In this document: positions 45,685-55,821 of the stretch, in pieces
How the letters are laid out: each line of letters begins with the position of its first letter
Numbering within the stretch: position 1 is the stretch's first letter
Assembly (NCBI GenBank): GCA_003599755.1
Contig: QZJO01000009.1
Span: 86,140 to 150,139 of the forward strand
Direction of reading: 5' to 3'
Origin: Candidatus Parcubacteria bacterium
GTDB taxonomy: Bacteria; Patescibacteriota; Minisyncoccia; Sungbacterales; SURF-37
Length of the DNA stretch: 64,000 nucleotides
Notes under the pieces: model-generated
What the model saw: the letters and a program-made list of their open reading frames with translations, nothing else
The model's database searches: none
What the model was told of the DNA's origin: nothing
Translations under genes and position numbers: made by a program

Positions 45685-46746
45685 ATGAAGCTCGCGCTCT
45701 ACTCGCACGATGTCGGACCGCGGAGCAACCTCGCGATGATCGGTACCGCCGCCAGGGGCCGTGGCTGGGAAGTCATGTCCCATGACCCGCCGCTCGGCGA
45801 CCAGCTGGAAGCGCTGCTCGCATTCGGACCTGACGCCGTGATCACCGGCCTGTCATCGGGCATCTCCGGATCGCGCGTGGATGAGGAGATCGCGCTCGGC
45901 CAGCGCGCTTTGCGCCAAAGCGCGCTCTGGCTCATCGTCGCGGATACGCACTACGCGGGCTTGCGTCCGCCGGCGAGGGGGCACGTCAGCGGCGCTTACG
46001 TAGCGCCCGCGACCCGGGCCGAGATCCCCGAGTACGAAGTGTTCGGCTATCCGCGCGGCAGCATCCAGTACCTGGGCGGACCGCCGATGTGGCAGATCTT
46101 CTGGACCTACGCGCCCGTACGCCTGCCGGGCAATCCGCATCTGCCGTCGTTCTACATCGGCTGCGCCAAGGATCCGGCGCTGACCGACCGGTTCATCGAG
46201 ACGATCGTTTTCGGCGCCGAACGGGCCTTCGGCGCGGGCAACTTCGATATCATCCTCGGCATCCATCCAAGCGAGGACGGCAAGCCGCGCGAAGTCCCGA
46301 AGCAGGAATGGGCCAAGATCCGCGCGGCCAAGCTCGCCGAGCAGAGCGGGATCCTGGACGGCGTATCGCTCCTCTGGCCGGATCCGGCCGTTGAGTCGGC
46401 GCGCATCGCGATCAGCACGACGTATGCCTGCTCCACGGGCGGCGGTACGGACGGTATCGTCGCGGCCATGCACCGGCGCATTCCCCTGTTCTGGGAGACC
46501 GATGAGGTTCGACAGCGCAATCTCCGGCAGCTCGGCCGCGAGGAATGGCTGCCGGCCGAAGCCGGCGCACTCGTAAAGATCGCAACCGGCGATGACGTCG
46601 CGCGCGCGATCGCCCGCCTCCAGAACCGCCACGAGCTCATCCGGCTCGCCGCGCATCAGGGAGAACTCTACCCCCGCCCGAGCGAGGAAGAACTCGCCTG
46701 GCCGGTCGCGGAACAGATCCTCGACTTCCTCGAAGAGCGCCGATAA
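45685..46746 (+). CDS. Divergent GT-B-like hypothetical protein
   Basis: Long ORF, AGGAGG SD, TTGACA upstream, own terminator; HD.G, G.P and .HP.E pattern. Confidence 0.65.
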   Translation: MKLALYSHDVGPRSNLAMIGTAARGRGWEVMSHDPPLGDQLEALLAFGPDAVITGLSSGISGSRVDEEIALGQRALRQSALWLIVADTHYAGLRPPARGHVSGAYVAPATRAEIPEYEVFGYPRGSIQYLGGPPMWQIFWTYAPVRLPGNPHLPSFYIGCAKDPALTDRFIETIVFGAERAFGAGNFDIILGIHPSEDGKPREVPKQEWAKIRAAKLAEQSGILDGVSLLWPDPAVESARIAISTTYACSTGGGTDGIVAAMHRRIPLFWETDEVRQRNLRQLGREEWLPAEAGALVKIATGDDVARAIARLQNRHELIRLAAHQGELYPRPSEEELAWPVAEQILDFLEERR

Positions 46747-46804
46747 GGCGCCGGCACAACACCGCGCGAATCAAGCGGCGCCCAGACGGGCGCCGCTGTT
46801 TTTG

Positions 46805-48037
46805 TTAACCGATCTGGATGTCGTTGAACTTCTTTTGGGTGTATAGCGGCACCTGCTTCAGCGCGCCGCGAATGCGCTTGGAGGTATCGGGTTTGTAATA
46901 CGCATGCGACGGGGCATATGGCCCGTGCGCCACTTGATACTGCACGGCTTGGCGGATCGCGTCGCGGTCATAGCCGACGTCCACCACGTTTTCGCCCCGC
47001 AGCCGGCCCTGCTGGCGCGTGCCGACGTTCACTACCGGCACGCCGAAGAATGAGGCCTCCTTGATGCCCGAAGATGAATTGCCGACGAGCGCCGCGGCAT
47101 TACGCAGCAGCGACACGAAATCACGCGGGTTGATATCGATCACGAACCGGATATGCGGCGTATCATGGTGTTCGCGAAAGCGCCGGATGCCGCCCGAAAT
47201 CTCGTCCGTGCCCGCATCGGGATTCGGCCAGAACCAGAGCGCCTGGATGCCAAGGTCATGAATGGCCTCGAGCGTAGCCATGACGTTTCGCAAATTATCC
47301 GCCTCGCTCGTGACCGGGTGCTGGATCACCATCGCGTAGGGCTTGGTAAAGTCGATCGCCCCGCCCACGCCGATGCGGTTGGTCATTGCCTCGTCCGGCT
47401 GGCGCTTCACGCCGGCGGCAAACTCAAGGTCCGGCGAACCGACGTTGAACACGTATTCGGGCCGCTCGCCCATTTGCAGTACCCGGCGGTACGCGTCGTC
47501 GTTGGTGACGAAATGAATGTGCGCGAGTTTGGTGATCGCGTGGCGCACGCTTTCATCAATGGTACCCGACACATCGCCCCCTTCGATGTGCGCCACGGTT
47601 TTGTTGAGATATGCCGCGGTCATAGCGGCTGCCAGCTGTTCAAACCGATCACCGCGGATCAAGACGATGTCGGGGTTCAGTTTTTGGAATGTATTCGTCA
47701 ATTCTAATACGGCAAGACCCGCGGTCTTGGCCATGGCCGCGTGATTGCCGCCCTCAATAAGATTCAGCATCTGCTCGTGCACGACAAATCCGCGCCGCTC
47801 GAGCGTCGGCATGACGTTCGAATATTTTGCGAGTAGCGCCGAGCTGCCGACGACAAGCTGAAGCTCAAAATCCGGATCGCCCTGGAGCTCGCGCAACAGC
47901 CCTTCTTGGCGCGCGTAATGGATGCGATTCGTAATAACAAAGCACACCTTGCGCTTGGCACGCGGTTCGCGGAATCCCACGGTTTCGGGGATGCCTTTTA
48001 CAAAGGTTTTTATTTTCTTTTTGGTTTCAGCGTTCAT
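46805..48037 (-). CDS. neuC: UDP-N-acetylglucosamine 2-epimerase (hydrolysing, NeuC/LegG type)
   Basis: GDRFE, HIEGGD.SG.IDE..RHAITKLAH.HF, HPVT, PNPDAG and GNSSSGI.EA. Confidence 0.92.
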   Translation of the reverse strand: MNAETKKKIKTFVKGIPETVGFREPRAKRKVCFVITNRIHYARQEGLLRELQGDPDFELQLVVGSSALLAKYSNVMPTLERRGFVVHEQMLNLIEGGNHAAMAKTAGLAVLELTNTFQKLNPDIVLIRGDRFEQLAAAMTAAYLNKTVAHIEGGDVSGTIDESVRHAITKLAHIHFVTNDDAYRRVLQMGERPEYVFNVGSPDLEFAAGVKRQPDEAMTNRIGVGGAIDFTKPYAMVIQHPVTSEADNLRNVMATLEAIHDLGIQALWFWPNPDAGTDEISGGIRRFREHHDTPHIRFVIDINPRDFVSLLRNAAALVGNSSSGIKEASFFGVPVVNVGTRQQGRLRGENVVDVGYDRDAIRQAVQYQVAHGPYAPSHAYYKPDTSKRIRGALKQVPLYTQKKFNDIQIG

Positions 48038-48040
48038 GCG

Positions 48041-49162
48041 TCAGATCATCGCATCGGGAGTAACAGGATCGTACTTCCGCAGTATGCGCGCGGCCGTCTT
48101 CCCCACCACATTCTCATATTCTTCCGACGGCATCCCGCCCGCGTGGGCCTGCGGCCGCATGGCATAGAGCATCCCGGCCGTGATAACCGTGCCGGCCGGA
48201 ATGTCGGCGCCCGCCATGAGCGACTTTCGGAAATACGGCCGGAATACGGCTTCGTCCTCCTGCAGCACTTTACCTTTCTCGCCCATGCCGCGGCGCACGA
48301 TGTCGTTGGAAAGATACTGCTCGCGAAGATTGGGATCGGCCTCGATCGCGCGAATGCCCGCGACCAGCGCGGTCATTTCATCAGGCGTCATTGAGACCTT
48401 GTGGTCCGCGCCCCAGAGGCCGCGATCGAACGAAAAATGCTTTTCTACTACGGTCGCACCCAGCGCAACGGCCGCGAGCGCCGAATCGATGCCGATGGAG
48501 TGGTCGGAAAAGCCGACCGGCACGCCATAACGCTCGCGCAGAAATTCGATTGAGGCCAAATGCAGATCTTCGGGCGGGCAGGGATAGCGCGACACGCAGT
48601 GCAGAAGCGTGAACGAAGCGTTACGGCGCTTCAAAAAGTCCACCGCGCGATCGAGCTCTTCGAGCGTAGACATGCCCGTGGATATAATGATCGGCTTTTT
48701 CGTCCCCGCAATGTAGTCGAGCGTCACGAAGTCCAGAATATCGCCCGAGCCAACTTTCCAAAGTTCCACGCCGAGCTTCTGGAGCTTTTCGGCGGCACCT
48801 CGGGACATCGGCGTCGAATGGAATACGATATTGATCTGGTCGCAGTACGCCTTCAGCGGCTTCCAAAATTCCTCGAACGGCGTGGCGTTCGTATTGCGCG
48901 TGACCCACGAGTAACGGTCTGCTCCTTTGAAATGCGGCGAGACGACCTCGGGCAGATTGAGTTGTTCGTCCTCGACGTTATGCGTCTGGAACTTTACCGC
49001 GTCCGCGCCGGCCTCTTTCGCGGCAAGCGCGAGGGCCTTCGCGTTGGCGAGATACTCGGCGACCGGCCGTTCGTCCTCGGTCTGGATAAAATTCTTGCCG
49101 ATCTCGGCAATGACAAACACCCCTTTGCCGAACATGCTTTGTGACGGTGATTGGGAATCCAT
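48041..49162 (-). CDS. neuB: Nonulosonic acid synthase (NeuB family) with SAF domain
   Basis: VIAEIG.N, GADAVKFQ, KVGSGD, STGMS, LHCVS.YP, GFSDHS and EKHF. Confidence 0.93.
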   Translation of the reverse strand: MDSQSPSQSMFGKGVFVIAEIGKNFIQTEDERPVAEYLANAKALALAAKEAGADAVKFQTHNVEDEQLNLPEVVSPHFKGADRYSWVTRNTNATPFEEFWKPLKAYCDQINIVFHSTPMSRGAAEKLQKLGVELWKVGSGDILDFVTLDYIAGTKKPIIISTGMSTLEELDRAVDFLKRRNASFTLLHCVSRYPCPPEDLHLASIEFLRERYGVPVGFSDHSIGIDSALAAVALGATVVEKHFSFDRGLWGADHKVSMTPDEMTALVAGIRAIEADPNLREQYLSNDIVRRGMGEKGKVLQEDEAVFRPYFRKSLMAGADIPAGTVITAGMLYAMRPQAHAGGMPSEEYENVVGKTAARILRKYDPVTPDAMI

Positions 49163-49291
49163 AGATTCGTCCATTATAGCCATGACCGTATCGCGAGAAA
49201 ACCGGCCTTGAGCCGGCTCAAAAGGAAACGCCGCAGGGTACATCAGTACTACCCCTGCGGCGGAATGCGCGTTTCGATGACTCTCCGTGCT

Positions 49292-50443
49292 TCAGAACCG
49301 GTAGCCGACCTCCCGCCATGCGCCGTTCGCCGCAGCTGAATCAAAGGCCTTGGCGCAAGCGTGCGCGACGTTGAGCGCTTGGCGAACCGAATGGCGCGGC
49401 ACCTTCTGACCGTCGATTGCGGCCAGAATGTCGAGCCACATCCGCCGGTAGATCGTGAGGTTGTACTCTGCCCAAGCAGCTGCCTCGGGTTCGGGCTCGA
49501 ATGGCACGGGCATGCCCTCCGCGATGAGCGTGTCCGCCGCGGGCTGAGGACCGTAGGTGAGCACGCCGTTTCGAAACTGGAAGGTATGCGCCACGGTCCG
49601 GTGCGCGTACGGACTGCTCGCGTCTTGCACCGCCAGACACACGGCCCAGTTCAGCAAGCGGCCGCTCATGAACCGAAGCGTACCGATCATGGTGTCGTAG
49701 CCGCCATGGCGATCGAGGTTCGTGTGATACGTCAGCACCTCGCCCTTCGCCTGAATGGCCGCGATAGCCGAGTCGGCGACGAGTAAAGCGGTCATGAAAT
49801 TGTGCGAGAGGCCGCCGGCGGCCGGATTGTAGCGCGTCTCGGTGCGCCACTTGCCGCCGCCCATGATCCGATCGCATTGCCACATCGTGTAGGCCGTATC
49901 GCCCCAGAGGAACTCGCCGAGATCCTTCCGGCATCGCAGCAGCGCTTCGATCGGTCGCGCGTGGCTGTACTTCTCGCCGACGAAGAGTTTTCCCGGATAC
50001 TCCTCATTGAGCATGGCGAACTCGGCCAGCTGATGAGCGACGCCGATCGGCTTCTCGACGAAAACGAGCTTGCCGGCAGCCAGAGCCATTCTGGCCGGCT
50101 CGAGATGCAGATGGTCAGGCGTTGCCACGACGACCAGCTGCACGGCAGGCAAGGAAACCAGCTCCTGGACGCTGGGAACATATAGCGTCCCGGGAAACGG
50201 GAATTCTTTGGACGCTTGATACCGCCGCCCTTCATCCGGATCGCAGAGCGCCGCGATACGCACGCCGGGGATACCGGCGAGCGCTCGCGCGTTCGGCAGA
50301 CCCTCATCCAGATTCAGATCAACAACCCCTACGCCGACCGGATGCTTTCGCATGACACCCTCCCTACACAGACCCGCGATCACGCGGGCATTGGTCATAC
50401 CACCATCTCCGAGGCCCACGATGCCAACGCCAATCTCATCCAT
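49292..50443 (-). CDS. Gfo/Idh/MocA oxidoreductase
   Basis: GIVGLG, VATPDHLH and VFVEKP; AAGGAGG SD. Confidence 0.85.
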   Translation of the reverse strand: MDEIGVGIVGLGDGGMTNARVIAGLCREGVMRKHPVGVGVVDLNLDEGLPNARALAGIPGVRIAALCDPDEGRRYQASKEFPFPGTLYVPSVQELVSLPAVQLVVVATPDHLHLEPARMALAAGKLVFVEKPIGVAHQLAEFAMLNEEYPGKLFVGEKYSHARPIEALLRCRKDLGEFLWGDTAYTMWQCDRIMGGGKWRTETRYNPAAGGLSHNFMTALLVADSAIAAIQAKGEVLTYHTNLDRHGGYDTMIGTLRFMSGRLLNWAVCLAVQDASSPYAHRTVAHTFQFRNGVLTYGPQPAADTLIAEGMPVPFEPEPEAAAWAEYNLTIYRRMWLDILAAIDGQKVPRHSVRQALNVAHACAKAFDSAAANGAWREVGYRF

Positions 50444-50529
50444 CCGACTGCCTCCTTACTCTCGACGAACCTAAAACCCGTGGCATTCGTACCACGCAGG
50501 ATTAAAAAGTCAACTGGCCACTCCTCTCT

Positions 50530-51492
50530 TCAAAAACGCTTGAGCGTTCGCACGATTTTTTGGGCGATGAAATCTTCGGTCTTGGCCATAGATTCAAACG
50601 TCGCACCTCCCAGGTGCGGCACGATAATCAAATTCCGATGATTCCGGGCGTAGCGGACGAGCGGATGGTTCTTCACATGGCCACCTTTGGGATCTTCGTT
50701 GGCAAGCACGTCCAGGGCCGCGCCGGCAATCCATTTTTTCTGCAGCGCTTCCAACAACGCCCGCTCGTCGTTCAGCTCGCCCCGCGCCGTGTTGATATAG
50801 ATCGCCTGGGGCCGCATGAGGCGGAAATGTTTTCGGCCAATAAGATTTTTCACGGCATCCGTATACAACACATGCACGCTTACGACATCAGATTCCTTGA
50901 GCAGCCGCTCCAGCGACACCTTTACTCCTCCGCCGCGACGAACAGTAGCTGCAGAAACATATGGGTCGTTAGCCAACACGCGCATGCCCAATGCCCGCGC
51001 AAAGCGCGCCACCATGGACCCGAGACGACCGAAGCCGATGACGCCGATCGTTTTGCCCGCCAGCTCATGGCCGTACAGCTCCTCCTTGTCCCAGCGGCCG
51101 CGGCGCACCGCATCGTAGCCGGCCGCGAGGTTGCGCATGAGCATGATCACAAGACCGATGGTTTCCTCCGCGGTCGGAAAAATAGAGCGCAAAAACTTCG
51201 TCTCCCCGCGGAGCGATGCGACCGTAATCCTCCGCCGCGCCGCAGCGGCCATATCAATGTGGTTGAGGCCCGTGGTCGAGGTGCCGATGACGCCTAAATT
51301 CGGCAGCGAATCGATCATGCCGCTTGAGACACGCACGCCAAGCTTTACCGCGAGCGCGACCGTACGCCGGCGTCGCTCGGGATCGCGGCGCACCGCATCC
51401 CACGCAAGCACTTCGCCGACGCGTGAAAGCGTCCGGATGGCATCCGGCGAATATCCTTTCGGTTCGGTAAGCGCGATGATCGGGCGCGGCAT
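50530..51492 (-). CDS. D-isomer-specific 2-hydroxyacid dehydrogenase
   Basis: GLNHID, GVIGFGRLG, INTARG, ALDV and PHLGG.T. Confidence 0.9.
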   Translation of the reverse strand: MPRPIIALTEPKGYSPDAIRTLSRVGEVLAWDAVRRDPERRRRTVALAVKLGVRVSSGMIDSLPNLGVIGTSTTGLNHIDMAAAARRRITVASLRGETKFLRSIFPTAEETIGLVIMLMRNLAAGYDAVRRGRWDKEELYGHELAGKTIGVIGFGRLGSMVARFARALGMRVLANDPYVSAATVRRGGGVKVSLERLLKESDVVSVHVLYTDAVKNLIGRKHFRLMRPQAIYINTARGELNDERALLEALQKKWIAGAALDVLANEDPKGGHVKNHPLVRYARNHRNLIIVPHLGGATFESMAKTEDFIAQKIVRTLKRF

Positions 51493-51501
51493 AGCGGATA
51501 G

Positions 51502-52530
51502 TTATACGGCAAAACCGATTCGCTGCTTCATGTTCGTGACGATGCGCGCATAGCGCGTCAGGTAGTGAAGGTACAGCGGAAAGCGCGACAAGTCGCGCGC
51601 GAGCGCGCGTACCGAGCCTTCGGGCGGCAGCACGAGCACGGCGAACGGCGCGCGATCGGCTTTAATCGCCGCAACCCGCATATGCCCGATCGGGAGGCCG
51701 GTCTGGCGCTGCAGCCGGCGCTCGGCAATGGATTTTTCTTCATCCACTTCGGAATGGAGAACGTCGAAGCCGGCCGAGCGCACGAACGCGCCAAGATTCT
51801 CGGGTGTAAACATGAACGGATGATCCAATTGGATCGCGAAATGGGCTCTGCCCGACATGCGCGCCTGCTGGCGGAAGTTTTTTACTTCCAAGATCAGCTT
51901 GCCGCCGGGACGAAGCGTGTCGTACGCCCAGCGGAAGAAAAATTGCGGGTCGAGCAAATGGTTCAAGGATTTCGTGCACACGATATTGGCGGCGGCCGGC
52001 AGATCCGGCGCGATCGTCGCTACGTCCTCGATGAGCCCGGCGTAGGTTTTAATGCCGCGACTCGTTGCGTATTCGGCTCGCGCCACCGTCGGCTCGATGC
52101 CGATCGGCTCGATGGGCGCGATCTCCTGCATCCCGGCAAGCAGGCCGCCTTCGGCCGAACCCACATCAATCGTAAGGCCGGGCTCGATAAACGCGCTCAA
52201 ACGCGCGGCAAGCGCGCGGCCGTGGCGCCGCGCAGCATCGAACCCCGCACCTTGCGCTTCTTTGGGATTCGCTTCGCCGTGCTTATACACGCGCCTGCGG
52301 CCGTCCATGTAGCGGTAGTATTCGGCGTACCAGTCCTTGGCCGGCCGCGGATTGATCGCGACCAGGCCGCACCGCCGGCAGAGCACTGTTTTCACCGGCA
52401 GCCCGTGGCCGTCGATTTGGGCAAGTACGGCAAAATCGCTCCCTTGGCAGAGATTGCATGCAGCCGATTCGAGCGGCGCGTTCCGAATCAATTCGGCAAG
52501 TTGAGCGTCTGCCTGTTTACGGACTTCCAT
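51502..52530 (-). CDS. Class I SAM-dependent methyltransferase with Zn-binding N-terminus
   Basis: CNLC..CRRCG, IDVGSAEG and L.PGG. Confidence 0.85.
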   Translation of the reverse strand: MEVRKQADAQLAELIRNAPLESAACNLCQGSDFAVLAQIDGHGLPVKTVLCRRCGLVAINPRPAKDWYAEYYRYMDGRRRVYKHGEANPKEAQGAGFDAARRHGRALAARLSAFIEPGLTIDVGSAEGGLLAGMQEIAPIEPIGIEPTVARAEYATSRGIKTYAGLIEDVATIAPDLPAAANIVCTKSLNHLLDPQFFFRWAYDTLRPGGKLILEVKNFRQQARMSGRAHFAIQLDHPFMFTPENLGAFVRSAGFDVLHSEVDEEKSIAERRLQRQTGLPIGHMRVAAIKADRAPFAVLVLPPEGSVRALARDLSRFPLYLHYLTRYARIVTNMKQRIGFAV

Positions 52531-52593
52531 ACCCGGTAGTAGAATTCGATAATTTTAGATATCTTCTTTACGGCCTATGCATACTAAAGGATA

Positions 52594-53952
52594 CTACCGC
52601 GGATCCAACGCCGTTGCGATGCGCTCGGCCAGGCGCTCTCCCGCACGCCCATCGAGTCGGTAGCAGTGCTCGCGAATGATCACCTGGCGCGCCGCTTCAT
52701 CCTCGCGCGGATCAGTGAGATAGCGGCGCACCCATGCGCGCAATTCTTCGGGCTTTTGCACAAGGCGTACGCCACCGGTATCGATGATATGGCGCTGATG
52801 TTCGTAATCGTAATATTGCCGGATGCTTCGGCCGTACGGCCGGGGCGATGCATCGAAGCCGACGAGGATTATTGGTTTGTTAAATACGGCAGCGTCAATA
52901 ATCATGGTCGAGGCCCACGTGATAACCAGATCGCTCGCGGCAAGCGAGTCAGCCAAGTGCCGGTCGGCGGCGCGGTCCAGATGCACGTCCACGAAGTCCG
53001 CAGAGTTGGCCGGCGCGTCGAACACGGCATTGGCCGGCGGCGCTTTCCCGGCAAAATCCGATTTACCCACGACCGGCATGCGCACGAGTACTTGCGCCGG
53101 AAGATCGGCCAATGCATCCAGAATAATCGGCGCGACCGGGTCGCCCTGCAGATACCGGTCTGCCGGCGGCGTGAACAAAATCGTTTTCTTGGTTGGATCC
53201 AGGCCAAGACGCCGCAAAAATTCTTCGCGCGGCGTCCGCTCGACGGTATTCGTATAGTGGTCGTAATGCGGAATGCCGACGATCGCGATCCGCTCGGCCG
53301 GCATGTCACCGTAACGAATGATCTCATCCCGCACGCGCTCGGCATTCACCACGAGGTCCTCCGGAATATATTGCAGGAGGGTTTTTGACGTGACGTTGTC
53401 CCACGAGCGCACCATGCCAAGCACGCGCACGCCGCGCCGACGCGCAAATCGCATTAAGCTCACATCCTCCGGCGCGTATACATCCGTGGCGAATAAAAGA
53501 TCGGGTTTCCATCGATCAAATAATGCGCCGTACGATCCGGCGGTTGCCAGCCGCATGGATGCAGCGCGGAAAAGCGTGCGCACCGGACGGAATCTTCCGA
53601 GAAACGCGGTGAATCCGGAAAGCCAATAGTCAAACCGATTGCAGTCGCGTTCGAACTTCGCGAGCCGTTGGACGCGGCGGGTTTTTGTCGGCAAGAGATT
53701 GGTCGCCAAGACCCAGAGTATCCGGTCTTTGCCGGATTCTGGAGGTGCCGGGACGGGCTCGATAAACACCCGTTCCCCGCCGTATTCCTGACGCAACGCA
53801 TCAGCACGGCCTTCGGGCGCGAGAATCACCACCCGGACGTCCCGCTCCAAGAGCTTCGCGAGCGCATCGGTCGCGAGAATATTGCGCGCGATGATGCCCC
53901 GTGCGCAGGTAATAAATACCGTTTTGAAATTCGGGACATTCGGACGGCTCAT
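52594..53952 (-). CDS. CDP-glycerol glycerophosphotransferase-like/GT-B protein
   Basis: SWDN.TSK, GIPHYD and STM.IDAA..NKP. Confidence 0.75.
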   Translation of the reverse strand: MSRPNVPNFKTVFITCARGIIARNILATDALAKLLERDVRVVILAPEGRADALRQEYGGERVFIEPVPAPPESGKDRILWVLATNLLPTKTRRVQRLAKFERDCNRFDYWLSGFTAFLGRFRPVRTLFRAASMRLATAGSYGALFDRWKPDLLFATDVYAPEDVSLMRFARRRGVRVLGMVRSWDNVTSKTLLQYIPEDLVVNAERVRDEIIRYGDMPAERIAIVGIPHYDHYTNTVERTPREEFLRRLGLDPTKKTILFTPPADRYLQGDPVAPIILDALADLPAQVLVRMPVVGKSDFAGKAPPANAVFDAPANSADFVDVHLDRAADRHLADSLAASDLVITWASTMIIDAAVFNKPIILVGFDASPRPYGRSIRQYYDYEHQRHIIDTGGVRLVQKPEELRAWVRRYLTDPREDEAARQVIIREHCYRLDGRAGERLAERIATALDPR

Positions 53953-55061
53953 GCGAATACCCGCTCCATTTCGTTAAGAATGTAACGCGACCGAGCAAGA
54001 ATCGTGTGGCCCGCGCGCACGTCGCGCGCCCATGCGCGCGCAAGCGACTCGATGGCTTGGGGCCGCGCGAGATATGAGCGGATTTTCTCCACGAGTTCGG
54101 CGCCGTTTTTCAAATGGAATCTGCCGCCGCGAAACTCTATATCATAGAGGATCGCGTTTCTGCCGTCTTCCAGCGCGGGGCCCGTGGTCTCGATGTATGG
54201 CTTGGGCGCGATGAGCGCGGTTAGGGGCGCGAGGCCGACTTCCGCGTGTCGAAACGAATCCCATGACTTTCCGGACGGCGAAAGCGCCATGCGCGCTTCG
54301 GCCAGATACGTCCAGTAATCCTGGATAAGCGTAAAACTCTGGCGCTTCACGTCATGCTCGATGATGCGCGCTTTTTTGAATGCGCCGCGGATCAGATCCA
54401 CGACTTCGGGACGGTCGTCCTGACACTCCGTGCGCGTGCGACCGCTGAAAAAAATATCGCTCGATTTTAACGCGGTGGGCAGTACGTACGACGACGGCCG
54501 GACGGGGCTCGGTGCGAGCGGTAATACGGCATCGGTCTGCTCCCCGCGCGGCAGATCCTTCATGAACAAAAGATCGAAATCGCGTCCCGCTTGAAATGAC
54601 CCCGCCAGTCGCGCGCGGGCATCCGGTGCGCCATATAATTCCCAGTGGTCCGGAAAGTCGAGCAATACCACGGGAATATCACGCTTCCGCGCGGCACGGA
54701 TCGCCCGCTCGCCCGCCCCGCCGGCGCGCGTTGACACCAGCACTGCGTCCACGGCTGAGAGTACGGTCTCAAGTGCTGCCGCACGCACGGCAGTGATCGG
54801 CGGCACGCCGTGGCAGGACGGATACGGCGCATGCGCGGGAACGCGAGCGGCATGCAAGTGCGGAAGAAAACCGCCGAGCACGAACGTGCGCTCCGCCCCG
54901 AGAATCGCCGGGATATCGCCGTAGAATTGAATCTCGGCGTCATACCCGCTAGCCGGCGAAAGATAGCGCCGCGCGGCAGTAAGGCGGCTGATGATCGGCC
55001 GCTCTAACGCATCGTTGCGGATCCCCGCCGCCGGCACAATAAGTATGGTCTTGATCGCCAT
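53949..55061 (-). CDS. Putative glycosyltransferase
   Basis: IFFSG, R.ALSPSG..WDSFRH.E; operon context. Confidence 0.65.
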   Translation of the reverse strand: MAIKTILIVPAAGIRNDALERPIISRLTAARRYLSPASGYDAEIQFYGDIPAILGAERTFVLGGFLPHLHAARVPAHAPYPSCHGVPPITAVRAAALETVLSAVDAVLVSTRAGGAGERAIRAARKRDIPVVLLDFPDHWELYGAPDARARLAGSFQAGRDFDLLFMKDLPRGEQTDAVLPLAPSPVRPSSYVLPTALKSSDIFFSGRTRTECQDDRPEVVDLIRGAFKKARIIEHDVKRQSFTLIQDYWTYLAEARMALSPSGKSWDSFRHAEVGLAPLTALIAPKPYIETTGPALEDGRNAILYDIEFRGGRFHLKNGAELVEKIRSYLARPQAIESLARAWARDVRAGHTILARSRYILNEMERVFA

Positions 55062-55134
55062 GGTTTAGTAATCGAATATGGCATGCAAGAGCGAGCCAGC
55101 GCAATGCCTCGCATGCGCGTGATGGAAATTGTTT

Positions 55135-55821
55135 TCACCGTCCCGGGCGCGTAATCACCGCATAGAGCGCACCCAACGGCACCCTTTCAAGATACGGTTC
55201 GAGCGGACGGAGAAACTTGAGGATGCGCGGAAAATACGCGTAGTACCGAATATCCACGGTCCCGTAAGAGCGGAGACGGTTTGCAGCCCGGCGCGAGGAA
55301 AACATCGTAGCATGTTTATCAACCGCGCTTCGCGCGAATACCAAGCGCGTCACGGGATTCCACGGATTCATTTCGAACAGGACAAATGCGCCGCCGGGCT
55401 TGAGCGTCCGAATAATTTCGCGGTACGCCACATCGTGCGCATCGAACGGGATATGATGAAACACGCCCACCGCATACGCGAGATCGAAAGTCGCGTCATT
55501 GAACGGCAGTTGCGCCCCATCCGTAACGAAAAATTCAATCTCCGGGTGATGGCGCTTCGCGTACTCGATCGAACGCGCCGAAGGATCAACGCCCACCACG
55601 CGCGCACGGCCAAAACGCGCGTGCGCGATCCCGGCCATATGGCCGTCGCTCGCGCCGAAATCAAGAATCGCCGCATCACCGCTCCCGAGGTTGGGAAACC
55701 AGCGCGCCAGGAGCTCCATGCGAAGCCGAGCGAAATAATCCTCGCCTTCCCCAGAAATGGCGATCGCATGCGCCTGTGCCTGGCGATAAAACTCTATGTA
55801 ATCGTCGAACTCGGATTTCAT
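55135..55821 (-). CDS. Class I SAM-dependent methyltransferase
   Basis: ILDFG...G, GVDPS, LPF...FD, VFHHI and LKPGG. Confidence 0.88.
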   Translation of the reverse strand: MKSEFDDYIEFYRQAQAHAIAISGEGEDYFARLRMELLARWFPNLGSGDAAILDFGASDGHMAGIAHARFGRARVVGVDPSARSIEYAKRHHPEIEFFVTDGAQLPFNDATFDLAYAVGVFHHIPFDAHDVAYREIIRTLKPGGAFVLFEMNPWNPVTRLVFARSAVDKHATMFSSRRAANRLRSYGTVDIRYYAYFPRILKFLRPLEPYLERVPLGALYAVITRPGR

